In this document: positions 21,088 to 30,570 of the stretch, one piece after another
Numbering within the stretch: position 1 is the first letter of the stretch
How the letters are laid out: each line of letters begins with the position of its first letter
Source: an uncultured delta proteobacterium
Lineage (GTDB): Bacteria > Desulfobacterota > Binatia > UBA9968
DNA: 64,000 bases
Assembly: GCA_963745835.1 (NCBI GenBank)
Contig: CAVUZH010000019.1
Span: forward strand, 1-64,000
Direction: 5' to 3'
Notes under the pieces: model-generated
Told to the model about the DNA's origin: nothing
Seen by the model: only the letters and a program-made list of their open reading frames with translations
Database searches by the model: none
Position numbers and translations under genes: made by a program

Positions 21088-22308
21088 ATGGCTGATTTAG
21101 CCGAAGTCATACGACGACATCCTCTCTTTTCGGCACTGTCGCGGGAAGATATCGCCAAAGTTTTGGGCAAGATGGAAGAACGTCATTACCTAAGTGGCAC
21201 AACCATCCTCTCACAAGGTGATGAAGGCGATGCGTTCTACATCATTCAAACCGGAACTGTCCAGGTCGTGCTTGAAAACCGCGGTAGAACAGAGGTGATT
21301 CGCGTTCTCGGACCGCAAGACTGGTTCGGCGAAATGGCGTTGTTATCCGGCGAGCCGCGTTCGGCAACGATTGCCGCCGTTAAAGACTCTTTAATATGGC
21401 GACTGAGTCGCCATGCTTGGGACGAGCTGATCGACAAACATCCGACTTGGCTGCTTCATTTCTGCGCCGCTCTGAGTAAAAAGCTTTCTCACGTCGAGCA
21501 GCAGTATGCCCAAGGGCGCGAAGCTTTCTACTCACTGGCCGAGGAATTCTACAGCTCGAGACCGGTGCCGGAACAAGCATTCCTGCGCCGGCTTTCACTG
21601 CTAAGCTCGAGCGATTTCGAAACTGCGGACCAAGTGCTTCATACGAAGCTTGCTGGCCAGTGCCTGGCCTCACTGAAGGCCAATCACTTACCCCTACTTC
21701 GGATAGCGGATTCGAGCCGGCCTGAGCTTCATCCGCTTTTCAAAGATTTTCTGCGCGAAAGGCTTTTCCAGCAGGAAGGGCCGGAGGCAGCAAAGCAATT
21801 GCACCGTGAGTTGGCCGAAGAGTTTGAGAACCTTGGGCGCTGGCATGACGCAATCCATCATTCTCTGGAAGCCGAAAACTGGCCAAGAGCGGCGAACTTG
21901 CTAAACCAAAATAAACAGAACTTGCTCGACAGCTCCGCCCAGGCGGTAAAACAAGTCATTGAGCAATTACCGCGGGATCAAATCAATCTCGGCCTCGTGC
22001 ACATGAAAGCTGAAGCCTTGGTTCGCTTGGGCAAGATTGAATCCGCCGTCGCATATTGTACAGAGGCTCTTTTGGATTCAGCCAAGACTCCGCGGGAGAG
22101 AGCGATGGCAAAACGCCTCCACCATGCCGTGACTAATCTTGGCCGTAAAGGCGATCATGCTGAGGCCTTGAATCTCTTGCGCAATGCTCTGGAACTGCGG
22201 CAACAGGATGCGGTCTCGGACCTGGCGAGCCTTGATGAAAAATTTGATACGGCCGGGACTGCCGAGCCCGCTGCGCCAGATCCAGACAGAATTCACAACA
22301 AAAAATAG
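21088..22308 (+). CDS. Cyclic-nucleotide-binding domain plus MalT-like helical/TPR region; probably the N-terminal part of a fusion with the downstream permease
   Basis: QGDEGDAFYII..G, FGEMALLSGEPRSAT (cNMP cassette); HPLFKDFLRERL...LHRELAE...AIHHSLEA resembles the MalT segment after the ATPase domain. Confidence 0.78.
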   Translation: MADLAEVIRRHPLFSALSREDIAKVLGKMEERHYLSGTTILSQGDEGDAFYIIQTGTVQVVLENRGRTEVIRVLGPQDWFGEMALLSGEPRSATIAAVKDSLIWRLSRHAWDELIDKHPTWLLHFCAALSKKLSHVEQQYAQGREAFYSLAEEFYSSRPVPEQAFLRRLSLLSSSDFETADQVLHTKLAGQCLASLKANHLPLLRIADSSRPELHPLFKDFLRERLFQQEGPEAAKQLHRELAEEFENLGRWHDAIHHSLEAENWPRAANLLNQNKQNLLDSSAQAVKQVIEQLPRDQINLGLVHMKAEALVRLGKIESAVAYCTEALLDSAKTPRERAMAKRLHHAVTNLGRKGDHAEALNLLRNALELRQQDAVSDLASLDEKFDTAGTAEPAAPDPDRIHNKK

Positions 22309-23746
22309 GACGAATCCTGCACCGAAATCGTTAATTGCTGGGCTGGAAGGGTTGGATCTGAGCCGATGGACCGGTGCACTGCTCGGTGTCGGCGTTTGGT
22401 GCTATCTCTGGTTCGTGATGCCCGAGATAGGCTTGGAACCAGCCGCTACCAAGCAGCTGGCCTTTATCGCTCTGACACTCATTTTTTGGATGTTTCGGGT
22501 CTTTCCTGAATATGGGGTGGCATTGCTTTTCGCCATCGGCATGATCATCTCCGGTCTAGGGCAACCGGAAACGGTACTCGGCGGCTTTGCCAACAGCTCG
22601 TGGTTCATGACTCTTGGCGTTCTCGGATTGGGCGCGGCTATCACCAGTTCGGGACTCTTCTACCGGCTATCGCTCCAACTCGTCCGCGTCTTTCCCCTCA
22701 GCTATCGCTGGCAAATTGTTGCAATGGGTGTCATGGGCATTGTCGTCATGGCGTTAATTCCGCAACAGAGTGCTCGCACTGCGATCATAAGCCAAATGCT
22801 GATGAACTTATCCGAAAGTCTTGGTTATAAAAATCCGTCCAAGGCTTCCACCGGTCTTTTCGTGGCGAGCTTCTTAGGTTTAGGACAACTCGGTTTTCTG
22901 TTTCTCACCGGTTCGACCACAAGCCTAATCGCATGGGGTCTTTTGCCGGAGGAAGTCCGAGAGCAATTTAGCTGGGGATATTGGTTTTATGCCGCGTCCG
23001 TCCCTACTCTTGTTGTCGCTGCAGTAGTTATCTTGGCGACTCTGATTCTTTATAGGCCTGAGTCTCAGCCACGTATTTCTTATAAGATGGTTCAAACTCA
23101 GTTGCAGATTCTCGGGCCGCTATCGCTGCACGAATGGATCACTCTGGGGGTCTTGTGCATGACGCTTGCCGGTTGGCTCAGCAAATCGTATCACAATATC
23201 GATGGCGCCTGGGTTGCGCTGAGCGCGCTTTGTGTTCTGATTAATACCGGCGTCCTCGGTTGGGGCATGATAAAAAAAGGCATTGATTGGGAAATGCTGC
23301 TCTATATGGGAGCCACGCTCAGCATTCCCGTGCTGCTCACACAAGCGAGAATCGACCAGTGGCTGGTCGGCATGTTTGCGCCGGTGATTCTGCCGCTCAC
23401 CAATTCCCCGGCGCTCTGTTTCACCGTCATCATAATTATTGCAATTGCGGTGAAGCTGGCCTTTACCAGCTTCTTAACTGTCGTTACCCTGACGGTTGCG
23501 CTTTTGCCGCTGGCGTCCGAGCTGGGCATCAGCCCATGGGTGATGGCGATGATCGTTCTGATGGGTTCAGAGGTTTGGTTCCTAAGATTTCAGGTGGACT
23601 GGCATACCATGGCAAGCGCCACAACCGGAGGAAAAGGATTTAGCTATCCGATGATGTCCCGCATCAATCCGGTGTACGCCGTCGCCTACGTACTGGCGGC
23701 CATAGTCGCGATCCCGTGGTGGCGCCACCTGGGGTTGATAGGTTGA
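22184..23746 (+). CDS. SLC13/DASS family anion permease
   Basis: Many TM helices; LGGFANSSW, LIPQQSAR, FLTGSTT, IDWEML motifs; start uncertain, frame overlaps the upstream ORF. Confidence 0.8.
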   Translation: MLWNCGNRMRSRTWRALMKNLIRPGLPSPLRQIQTEFTTKNRTNPAPKSLIAGLEGLDLSRWTGALLGVGVWCYLWFVMPEIGLEPAATKQLAFIALTLIFWMFRVFPEYGVALLFAIGMIISGLGQPETVLGGFANSSWFMTLGVLGLGAAITSSGLFYRLSLQLVRVFPLSYRWQIVAMGVMGIVVMALIPQQSARTAIISQMLMNLSESLGYKNPSKASTGLFVASFLGLGQLGFLFLTGSTTSLIAWGLLPEEVREQFSWGYWFYAASVPTLVVAAVVILATLILYRPESQPRISYKMVQTQLQILGPLSLHEWITLGVLCMTLAGWLSKSYHNIDGAWVALSALCVLINTGVLGWGMIKKGIDWEMLLYMGATLSIPVLLTQARIDQWLVGMFAPVILPLTNSPALCFTVIIIIAIAVKLAFTSFLTVVTLTVALLPLASELGISPWVMAMIVLMGSEVWFLRFQVDWHTMASATTGGKGFSYPMMSRINPVYAVAYVLAAIVAIPWWRHLGLIG

Positions 23747-23822
23747 GCCGGCTTGCGCCATGGACCACCGTCAAGCATTCAGCCCCCACAGTCGAGCATC
23801 CGCAAGCAAAGTCCGGAAAGTA

Positions 23823-24602
23823 TTAAAGATCGTTGTGATAGATCGCCTCAACAACCGGCCCAGTTAACTCGTCAGAGGCTCCGTCGAAGCAGATCTGTCC
23901 GTTTTTAAGTCCGACAACCCGGGCGGCGTACTCGCGGGTCAACTCTAAAGTGTGCAAGCTCACCAATGCCGTAATCCCGTCTTCTTGGCAGACTTGTTTT
24001 AGAATATCGAGCACGACGCCGGACAGCTTGGGATCGAGGCTCGAAACAGGTTCATCGGCGAGAATAAGCGCCGGCTCTTGCATCAAAGTGCGAGCGATCG
24101 CCACTCGTTGCTGTTCACCGCCGCTGAGCTCGTCGGCGCGGCGGTAGGCATGATCCAGCAGTCCCACGCGATTAAGATTGATTAAAGCCTTACGCTTTTC
24201 GTCGCGGGTAAAACTTCGCAGCGTGCTGCGCAGCGCCGATTGATAACCCAACCCTCCGGATAGAACGTTTTCGATGACCGACAAGCGCTTGATGATGTTG
24301 AACTGTTGAAAAATCATGCCGACCTTGCGTCTGAGCCGTCGTAGTTGGGTTTGCTTCAACCGCACGACATCGACCAGCGTGCCGGCGCCGTTTCCTGTAA
24401 TCAGCCCCATGGGCAATCGGATATGCCCGGAGCTGGGCTCGACGAGACGGTTAATGCAGCGCAGCAAAGTCGATTTTCCCGATCCGCTGAGCCCGATGAT
24501 CCCGACGAATTCGCCGCGATGAACGGATAAATTGATGCCGCAGAGCACCGGAACATTGCTATCGTAGGATTTATGGAGATCCTCGACTTCTAGAATGATC
24601 AC
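23823..24602 (-). CDS. phnC: Phosphonate-type ABC transporter ATP-binding protein
   Basis: [50 protein letters not shown]. Confidence 0.9.
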   Translation of the reverse strand: MIILEVEDLHKSYDSNVPVLCGINLSVHRGEFVGIIGLSGSGKSTLLRCINRLVEPSSGHIRLPMGLITGNGAGTLVDVVRLKQTQLRRLRRKVGMIFQQFNIIKRLSVIENVLSGGLGYQSALRSTLRSFTRDEKRKALINLNRVGLLDHAYRRADELSGGEQQRVAIARTLMQEPALILADEPVSSLDPKLSGVVLDILKQVCQEDGITALVSLHTLELTREYAARVVGLKNGQICFDGASDELTGPVVEAIYHNDL

Positions 24603-25516
24603 GGCTGTTTTCTTTGCAAGCTTGCTTTTAGGGGGATACCGGCAATGTCGAAAGCTTGACGCACCGAATCATAGTCTCGATCACTGGCGGGAACGAAACC
24701 GTCGATCTGGTAGAGATCCCGCATCATCTGCTTGCCTTTAGGATCGCCACTCAGCTGCAAAAAAATCTCTTCCACTTTTTTCGCGACGGCTTCATCGAGA
24801 TTGCCGTTGATCACTAAATTGTCTGCCGGAATCGGCTCGGAGAAAGCAATCGCCCGAATCTTGTTCACGTCCTCGGGATTCTTCAGATAGCGCATCCATG
24901 CGGTATCATCGCCATCGGGCGAATTAGCATAGGTTGCCCCGGCGTCGACTTTGCCATTGAGCACGGCGAGCACCGTCGCATCATGCCCCCCCGAATACAG
25001 AATCTGCTTGAAGTCGCGAACCGGATCGATGCCGCGTTCCTTGAACATCTTACGCGGGAAAATGTTGCCCGTGGTTGATAGCGCGTCGCCGAAAGCGAAA
25101 GTTTTGCCGCGCAGGTCCTCGAGCCTTTGGATGCCGCTGCCTGCTCTGGTGATGATCGCGGCATAGTATGAGGCGATTCCCTTGCGCTCGGACTTAAGAA
25201 TGACCTTCACGTTAGCTTCATTCTTGGCTAATACGTAGGAGGCGGGGGTCAGGAAGGCGACATCGAGTTTGTTAACCCGGAGCGCTTCGACGACACCGGT
25301 ATAATCCGCCGCGACGAAGGGTTGAATCTCCATACCCAATTGTTTTTGCAGTATGTCGACGATGGGCTGAGCGTTTTGCATCACTTGTTGAGCATCTTCC
25401 GCCGGTACGAAGCCGACCCGAAGCACCTTAGCCGATTTGCCGGAATCACCGCAGCCAAGAAGGCAGAGAATTATCAATAATGCGGTGTAAAGGCGTGGTC
25501 TGTGTCGTGTGAGCAT
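24599..25516 (-). CDS. phnD: Phosphate/phosphite/phosphonate ABC transporter substrate-binding lipoprotein
   Basis: Lipobox LLGC, DYTGVVEAL, STTG ligand motif, SGGHDA. Confidence 0.88.
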   Translation of the reverse strand: MLTRHRPRLYTALLIILCLLGCGDSGKSAKVLRVGFVPAEDAQQVMQNAQPIVDILQKQLGMEIQPFVAADYTGVVEALRVNKLDVAFLTPASYVLAKNEANVKVILKSERKGIASYYAAIITRAGSGIQRLEDLRGKTFAFGDALSTTGNIFPRKMFKERGIDPVRDFKQILYSGGHDATVLAVLNGKVDAGATYANSPDGDDTAWMRYLKNPEDVNKIRAIAFSEPIPADNLVINGNLDEAVAKKVEEIFLQLSGDPKGKQMMRDLYQIDGFVPASDRDYDSVRQAFDIAGIPLKASLQRKQP

Positions 25517-25591
25517 TATTGATGATTATCGTGTCAGATTCACCGCTACAGGCGCAACGTTTTAACCATCGGTCAAGCTGGGCGGGCGATT

Positions 25592-26434
25592 TTAGCGGCT
25601 TGCAACCTCTTCCAACAATTCTTCGGCTTTTTGTTTGTGCTTGGCGTCGTCCGAGAATTGGATAGGGAGATTCCGGATCGAGGAGAGCATAGTGCGGGCA
25701 GCCTGGAAATCTTCCATAGCCATATAAGTACTTGCCAATTCGAGCCGGCTTATAATGACGGTCGGATTGAGCGCGATGGCTTTTTTTAAATACTCCACTG
25801 ATTTTTCCATGCTGCCTTGCGGTAGGGAGCGGCCGTACAGAACCGAAGCGACCACGCGGCTCATTTTCCCGATTTCAGAAATCTTTCGATGCCAGACGCC
25901 GTAAGCATGATAAGCAAACCCATTGTTCGGATCTAAGGCAAGCGATTTTTCCAGCGCCGCGCGGATTTCCTCCGCTAGTTCCACCTGCCTTGCAACCGGA
26001 GAAACGACGGCTGTGAGACCTAAGGAGGCCCCTAAGTAAAAATAACCCCAGGTCGAGTTGGGATTGGCTTTGATGGCTCGGCGGGCGTAATCTTCGGCCA
26101 TTTGATAATCCTTTAGACGTCTTTCCTTCCAATCGGAGATTGATTCGGGGATCATGTCACCGAGATCGATATAGGCGCGAGACAGTTTGATAAGAGCTTC
26201 AAAATTCTGGGCGTCCATGCGCAGAATTTGCAGCAACTCATTGGCGGCTTCTTTGGGCTTGAATTGAGCATAGAATCGATCGGCATTCTTGTGCAGCTGC
26301 GCAATCTCGACACTGTCGTTGCGACACTGCGGGCATCCGCCTTTAGCATCCAGAGGTGCTGCCTCTTCCGCAGCCCATCCCGGCGATGCCAGAATGATGA
26401 TCAGAGTCCAACTGCCGAAGCTCTGCGCCAGCAT
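25592..26434 (-). CDS. Exported tetratricopeptide-repeat protein
   Basis: Signal peptide, CPQC, TPR-like repeats (AIKANPN, SLALDPNN, AIALNP). Confidence 0.75.
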   Translation of the reverse strand: MLAQSFGSWTLIIILASPGWAAEEAAPLDAKGGCPQCRNDSVEIAQLHKNADRFYAQFKPKEAANELLQILRMDAQNFEALIKLSRAYIDLGDMIPESISDWKERRLKDYQMAEDYARRAIKANPNSTWGYFYLGASLGLTAVVSPVARQVELAEEIRAALEKSLALDPNNGFAYHAYGVWHRKISEIGKMSRVVASVLYGRSLPQGSMEKSVEYLKKAIALNPTVIISRLELASTYMAMEDFQAARTMLSSIRNLPIQFSDDAKHKQKAEELLEEVASR

Positions 26435-26437
26435 GAA

Positions 26438-26809
26438 TTATCCTATGGATAACGGCTTTCCGGCCTCATCTACGGCAACGTACACGACCTCAGCTGCCGT
26501 GACTCGGACAGTATGCCGTGGCTTGTCAAGTCTTTCCGCTTCAACTTCCACCCGAACGGTTAATGAAGTCGTTCCCTGACGTTGTATCGAAGTATAAAAA
26601 CTCACCACGTCGCCGACATACACGGGGGCAATGAATTCGACTTCCCGCATTGCGCGGGTAACGAAATTTCGAGGGGCCTTACGCGACGCCGCCACCCCCC
26701 CGGCAAGATCGATATGACTCAGAATGACGCCGCCAAAGATGGTTCCGTGCGCATTGGTGTCTCGCGGAAGCATCGTCACACGCAGAGTCGGTTCACGAGT
26801 ATAAGCCAT
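26438..26809 (-). CDS. Acyl-CoA thioesterase (hotdog fold, YciA-like)
   Basis: [21 protein letters not shown]. Confidence 0.9.
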   Translation of the reverse strand: MAYTREPTLRVTMLPRDTNAHGTIFGGVILSHIDLAGGVAASRKAPRNFVTRAMREVEFIAPVYVGDVVSFYTSIQRQGTTSLTVRVEVEAERLDKPRHTVRVTAAEVVYVAVDEAGKPLSIG

Positions 26810-26853
26810 CCGCAGCGACCCAAGAGCTTGGGAACAATTTCAGTGAGAGACAA

Positions 26854-27771
26854 CTAAAGGTAAGTCAACCAGCTCGAATACTTGCTTTGCCTCCCTTTCA
26901 CCACTTCGAAAAAAGATGCTTGAATGTCCTCGGTGATTGGGCCGCGGCGGCCGGCTCCGATCTGTCTGTCATCTATCTCGCGAATAGGCGTCACTTCAGC
27001 GGCAGTTCCGGTAAAAAACGCCTCATCAGCGGTATAGAGTTCATCGCGCGTAAACCGTTCTTCGATGACCTGATAATCTTTGCCGCGAGCCAGGGTGATG
27101 ATCGAATCTCGAGTGATGCCAGGCAGAATCGAAGTCAGCGGTGTCGTTTTCACCTTATGATCGCGCACGATGAAAATGTTTTCGCCGCTCGCTTCCGAAA
27201 CATAACCTTCGGCATCGAGCATGATGGCTTCGTCGTAGCCGGCCTTTTTAACCTCGTGTTTGGCAAGCACCGAATTGATGTAATTGCCGGCTGCCTTGCT
27301 TTTGGTCATCATCACGTTGACGTGATGGCGAGTGAACGACGAGACTTTGGCGCGTATGCCGTTCTTGAGCCCTTCATCTCCAAGATAGGCGCCCCACGGC
27401 CAAACAGCGATACTCACATGAACCGGATTATTTGGCGCGTACAGGCCCAAATCTCCAATCCCGACGAAAGCAACCGGTCGGATGTAACACTCCTTGAGCC
27501 GATTAGCACGAATGACTTGAAGGGTTGCCTCCATCAGCTGTTCGACTGAATAGGGCAACGGAAACCCGAGTATGTTGCCCGAATCCCAGAGCCGGCGCAG
27601 ATGTTCCGGTAAACGAAATACCGCGGAACGGCCATCCGCCAATTCGTAGCAGCGAATCCCCTCGAAATACGCGGTGCCGTAATGCAACGCATGTGTCAGC
27701 ACATGGACGGTCGCATCCTCCCAGCGCACCAATTCGCCATCGAGCCAGATCTTTTCGGTCTTGAGCGACAT
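26854..27771 (-). CDS. ilvE: Branched-chain amino acid aminotransferase
   Basis: ALHYGTAYFEGIRCY, KAAGNYINS, EASGENIF, ILPGITR, FFTGTAAEVTPI. Confidence 0.96.
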   Translation of the reverse strand: MSLKTEKIWLDGELVRWEDATVHVLTHALHYGTAYFEGIRCYELADGRSAVFRLPEHLRRLWDSGNILGFPLPYSVEQLMEATLQVIRANRLKECYIRPVAFVGIGDLGLYAPNNPVHVSIAVWPWGAYLGDEGLKNGIRAKVSSFTRHHVNVMMTKSKAAGNYINSVLAKHEVKKAGYDEAIMLDAEGYVSEASGENIFIVRDHKVKTTPLTSILPGITRDSIITLARGKDYQVIEERFTRDELYTADEAFFTGTAAEVTPIREIDDRQIGAGRRGPITEDIQASFFEVVKGRQSKYSSWLTYL

Positions 27772-27854
27772 AACTAAGACATAACTAAGCTTTCGTCATC
27801 TCGGCGCTGCTGCACTAGTGTACGTGCCCATCAGAGTGCCAGCAAGGGCTCTCC

Positions 27855-27887
27855 AAAAAAAAGGCCACCACAATAAGGGTGGTGGCC
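27855..27887 (-). terminator. Intrinsic terminator after the HU gene
   Basis: GGCCACCAC-loop-GTGGTGGCC followed by T8 on the minus strand. Confidence 0.8.
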
Positions 27888-27908
27888 CGGCATTGATCGT
27901 CAATTATG

Positions 27909-28178
27909 TTACAAACCTTTTTTGATGTTCGGCGCCGGTTTGAAACCCACTGTGCGGCTAGCTTTTATGTTGATGACGTCGCCGGTTTGAGGATTTCTGC
28001 CCTTGCGGGCTTTGCGAGATCGTACGGTAAAGGTGCCGAACCCGGGAATTTGGAATCGTTTACTCTTCTTGATCGCCTTGGAGATACCTACGAAGGTCGC
28101 ATCCACCGCTTCACCCGCTGCTCTTTTGCTGATGTTTGCGCTTTTCGCCACAGAGTCGATGAGTTCACTTTTCGTCAT
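27909..28178 (-). CDS. hup: HU family DNA-binding protein
   Basis: MTKSELI, GFGTF, RKGRNPQTG; AGGAGG RBS. Confidence 0.95.
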   Translation of the reverse strand: MTKSELIDSVAKSANISKRAAGEAVDATFVGISKAIKKSKRFQIPGFGTFTVRSRKARKGRNPQTGDVINIKASRTVGFKPAPNIKKGL

Positions 28179-28272
28179 TGTCTTCTGCTCCTCCTTGCAA
28201 GCTGATCGTTCGGTATGATCGTCCAAAAGCAGGTCGAAATAATCATGGATTCATCCTGAAATGTCAAATACT

Positions 28273-29208
28273 TTATCTCCTGTCCAAGTGCTCGTAGAGC
28301 AGCCCGTAACGAACTCCCTGATCGCTGACAATTAGCTCCCGAGCGCCGAACAAGGTCATCATTCTGTCGATCAAACACGCGCCCGCAAGAATCACGTCAG
28401 CTCGTTTCGGTTCGAGTCCCGGAATACTCTTACGCTGCGCGAGAGTTTTACTTCGGTATAGCCGCACCTGCCGTTTGACCTCAACATGCGTTAAATGGCT
28501 GCCATGTACCACGCTGTGCGCGTATCGAGTCAACTTTTTTTCGACGGCGGCCAAGGTGGTGAAGGTTCCCGCAGTTCCAACCCAAGTCGAAGCGACAGCA
28601 AAATGGCCCCAGCGTTTCCCTAAGGCGGCCAACTCGTTGTCGATGGCGCTCGTCAAATCAGTGAATTCTTCGGCGCCAACGGGATCAGAGCGAAGAAACC
28701 GCTCAGTCAAACGGACCGATCCTAGGTTAAGGCTCAAGGCATGTGTGACACCGGAATCATTGCCGCGGATAAATTCCGTACTGCCGCCACCGATGTCGAT
28801 TACCAGCAATTCTTCCCCGATCAGTGGAAGTCCTCTCTGCGCTGCCAAAAAAGAATAGGCCGCTTCATCATCGCCGGTGATGACACGAACCTCGAGTCCC
28901 AGCTCCAGCCGCCAGCGTTGCCGCACTTCGAAACTGTTGCGGGCGTCGCGAAGAGCGCTGGTTCCGACCGCTATCACTTCGCCAACCCCCAACGTTTGGC
29001 ACGCGTCCAAGTAACCGCGCAACACTGCCGAGCTTCTCTGCTCTCCTTCGTGGCTGATCAATCCCGCCCGATCCACACCTTGCCCCAGACGGGTAATCTC
29101 CGCCAGATCGTCCAGAACTCTGAAACGACCGCCGTCTCTGAGCTCGGCGATCAGGCACAGAACCGTATTAGTGCCAATATCGATGAAAGCACAACGCGGA
29201 GAGATCAT
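28273..29208 (-). CDS. ppx: Ppx/GppA family exopolyphosphatase
   Basis: IDIGTNT, TSALRDA, DIGGGSTE, RADVILAG, GVRYG. Confidence 0.9.
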   Translation of the reverse strand: MISPRCAFIDIGTNTVLCLIAELRDGGRFRVLDDLAEITRLGQGVDRAGLISHEGEQRSSAVLRGYLDACQTLGVGEVIAVGTSALRDARNSFEVRQRWRLELGLEVRVITGDDEAAYSFLAAQRGLPLIGEELLVIDIGGGSTEFIRGNDSGVTHALSLNLGSVRLTERFLRSDPVGAEEFTDLTSAIDNELAALGKRWGHFAVASTWVGTAGTFTTLAAVEKKLTRYAHSVVHGSHLTHVEVKRQVRLYRSKTLAQRKSIPGLEPKRADVILAGACLIDRMMTLFGARELIVSDQGVRYGLLYEHLDRR

Positions 29209-30566
29209 CGTTGCGCCGCAGCATCGAGCGGCGAAGATGAGTTTAGGAACTCGGTGCGATCACGGTCGAGCTCTTGAACCCAAGCGGCCATATCGGCCAG
29301 CGCTCTTTGCGACATCGCTTCCTTTTTGGCCTTGCCCCGGAGATCTCCGGATAACCGCGGCAACAAGCCGAAGTTGACGTTCATCGGCTGAAATTTTTTT
29401 CGCTGCGAATCAGTGATGTAACGCAACAGGGCGCCCAGAGCGGTGCTCTCGGGCGGCACCCGAGGCGCTTGATCGGACAGCAATCGCGCGGCATTCACTC
29501 CGGCTAGAAGACCGGTTGCGGCGGATTCGATGTAACCTTCAACACCAGTCATCTGGCCGGCAAAAAATAAAGTGCCGCGCTGGCGCCATTGCAAGGTGGG
29601 CAACAAGTGGAGCGGTGAATGGATAAACGTGTTGCGGTGGAGACTACCCAGGCGAATAAATTCAGCCCGCGCCAATCCCGGGATCATGGCGAAGACACGG
29701 CGCTGCTCGGGGTAAGTCATTTTGGTTTGAAACCCCACGAGATTGTACAGCGTCCTCTCGCGATTTTCCTGACGCAATTGGACCACCGCATATGGGCGCC
29801 TGCCGATGCGTTGATCGACAAGTCCCACTGCCCGCATCGGCCCGAACGCTAAAGTGTCCTTGCCGCGATCGGCCATTTCTTCGATGGGCATGCAGCCTTC
29901 GAACGGCACGAAGCGCTCGAAACTATGCGTCGGCACACGGTCGGCTTTAACCAACGCATTGACGAAAGCGTAATATTCCTGGCGCGTCAGCGGCAGGTTC
30001 AGGTAATCGTCGCCATCACGATCGTATCGCGAGGCTCTGAAGGCGATATCCATGTCGATGGATTCGGCAGTTACAATCGGTGAGATCGCGTCATAAAAAT
30101 AGAGATACTCTTGACCCAGGAGCGACGCCACTTCTTGCGCCAGAGCCGGCGAGGTCAGCGGTCCGCTGGCCAGTATAACCATGCCCGAGGGAATTTCCTG
30201 AACCTCCCGGCGGATAACCGTCACCCCCGGTAATGCTTCGACAGCAGCGGTCAAGGCACGCGCGAAAATCTCGCGATCCACCGCCAATGCCGATCCGGCG
30301 GGCACCCGCGCCACTTCCGCCGTCCTGATAATCAGCGAATCGAGCTTGCGCATCTCTTCCTTTAACAGACCCGCCGGCGCGGATAAGGAATTGGAGCGCA
30401 GCGAGTTGCTGCACACCAGCTCGCCGAGATCACCTGAAGCGTGCGCCTCGGTCATACGGCGCGGCCGCATCTCGAACAGCTCCACGCGAACACCCCGACG
30501 CGCGAGCTGGTAAGCGGCTTCCGAGCCGGCCAGTCCGCCGCCGACTATGCGGACGATTTTTTCCAT
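29205..30566 (-). CDS. trmFO: Folate/FAD-dependent tRNA m5U54 methyltransferase
   Basis: GGGLAGSEAA, ELVCSNS, FYDAISP, AGQMTGVEGY, FQPMNVNFG. Confidence 0.96.
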   Translation of the reverse strand: MEKIVRIVGGGLAGSEAAYQLARRGVRVELFEMRPRRMTEAHASGDLGELVCSNSLRSNSLSAPAGLLKEEMRKLDSLIIRTAEVARVPAGSALAVDREIFARALTAAVEALPGVTVIRREVQEIPSGMVILASGPLTSPALAQEVASLLGQEYLYFYDAISPIVTAESIDMDIAFRASRYDRDGDDYLNLPLTRQEYYAFVNALVKADRVPTHSFERFVPFEGCMPIEEMADRGKDTLAFGPMRAVGLVDQRIGRRPYAVVQLRQENRERTLYNLVGFQTKMTYPEQRRVFAMIPGLARAEFIRLGSLHRNTFIHSPLHLLPTLQWRQRGTLFFAGQMTGVEGYIESAATGLLAGVNAARLLSDQAPRVPPESTALGALLRYITDSQRKKFQPMNVNFGLLPRLSGDLRGKAKKEAMSQRALADMAAWVQELDRDRTEFLNSSSPLDAAAQR

Positions 30567-30570
30567 CGAG

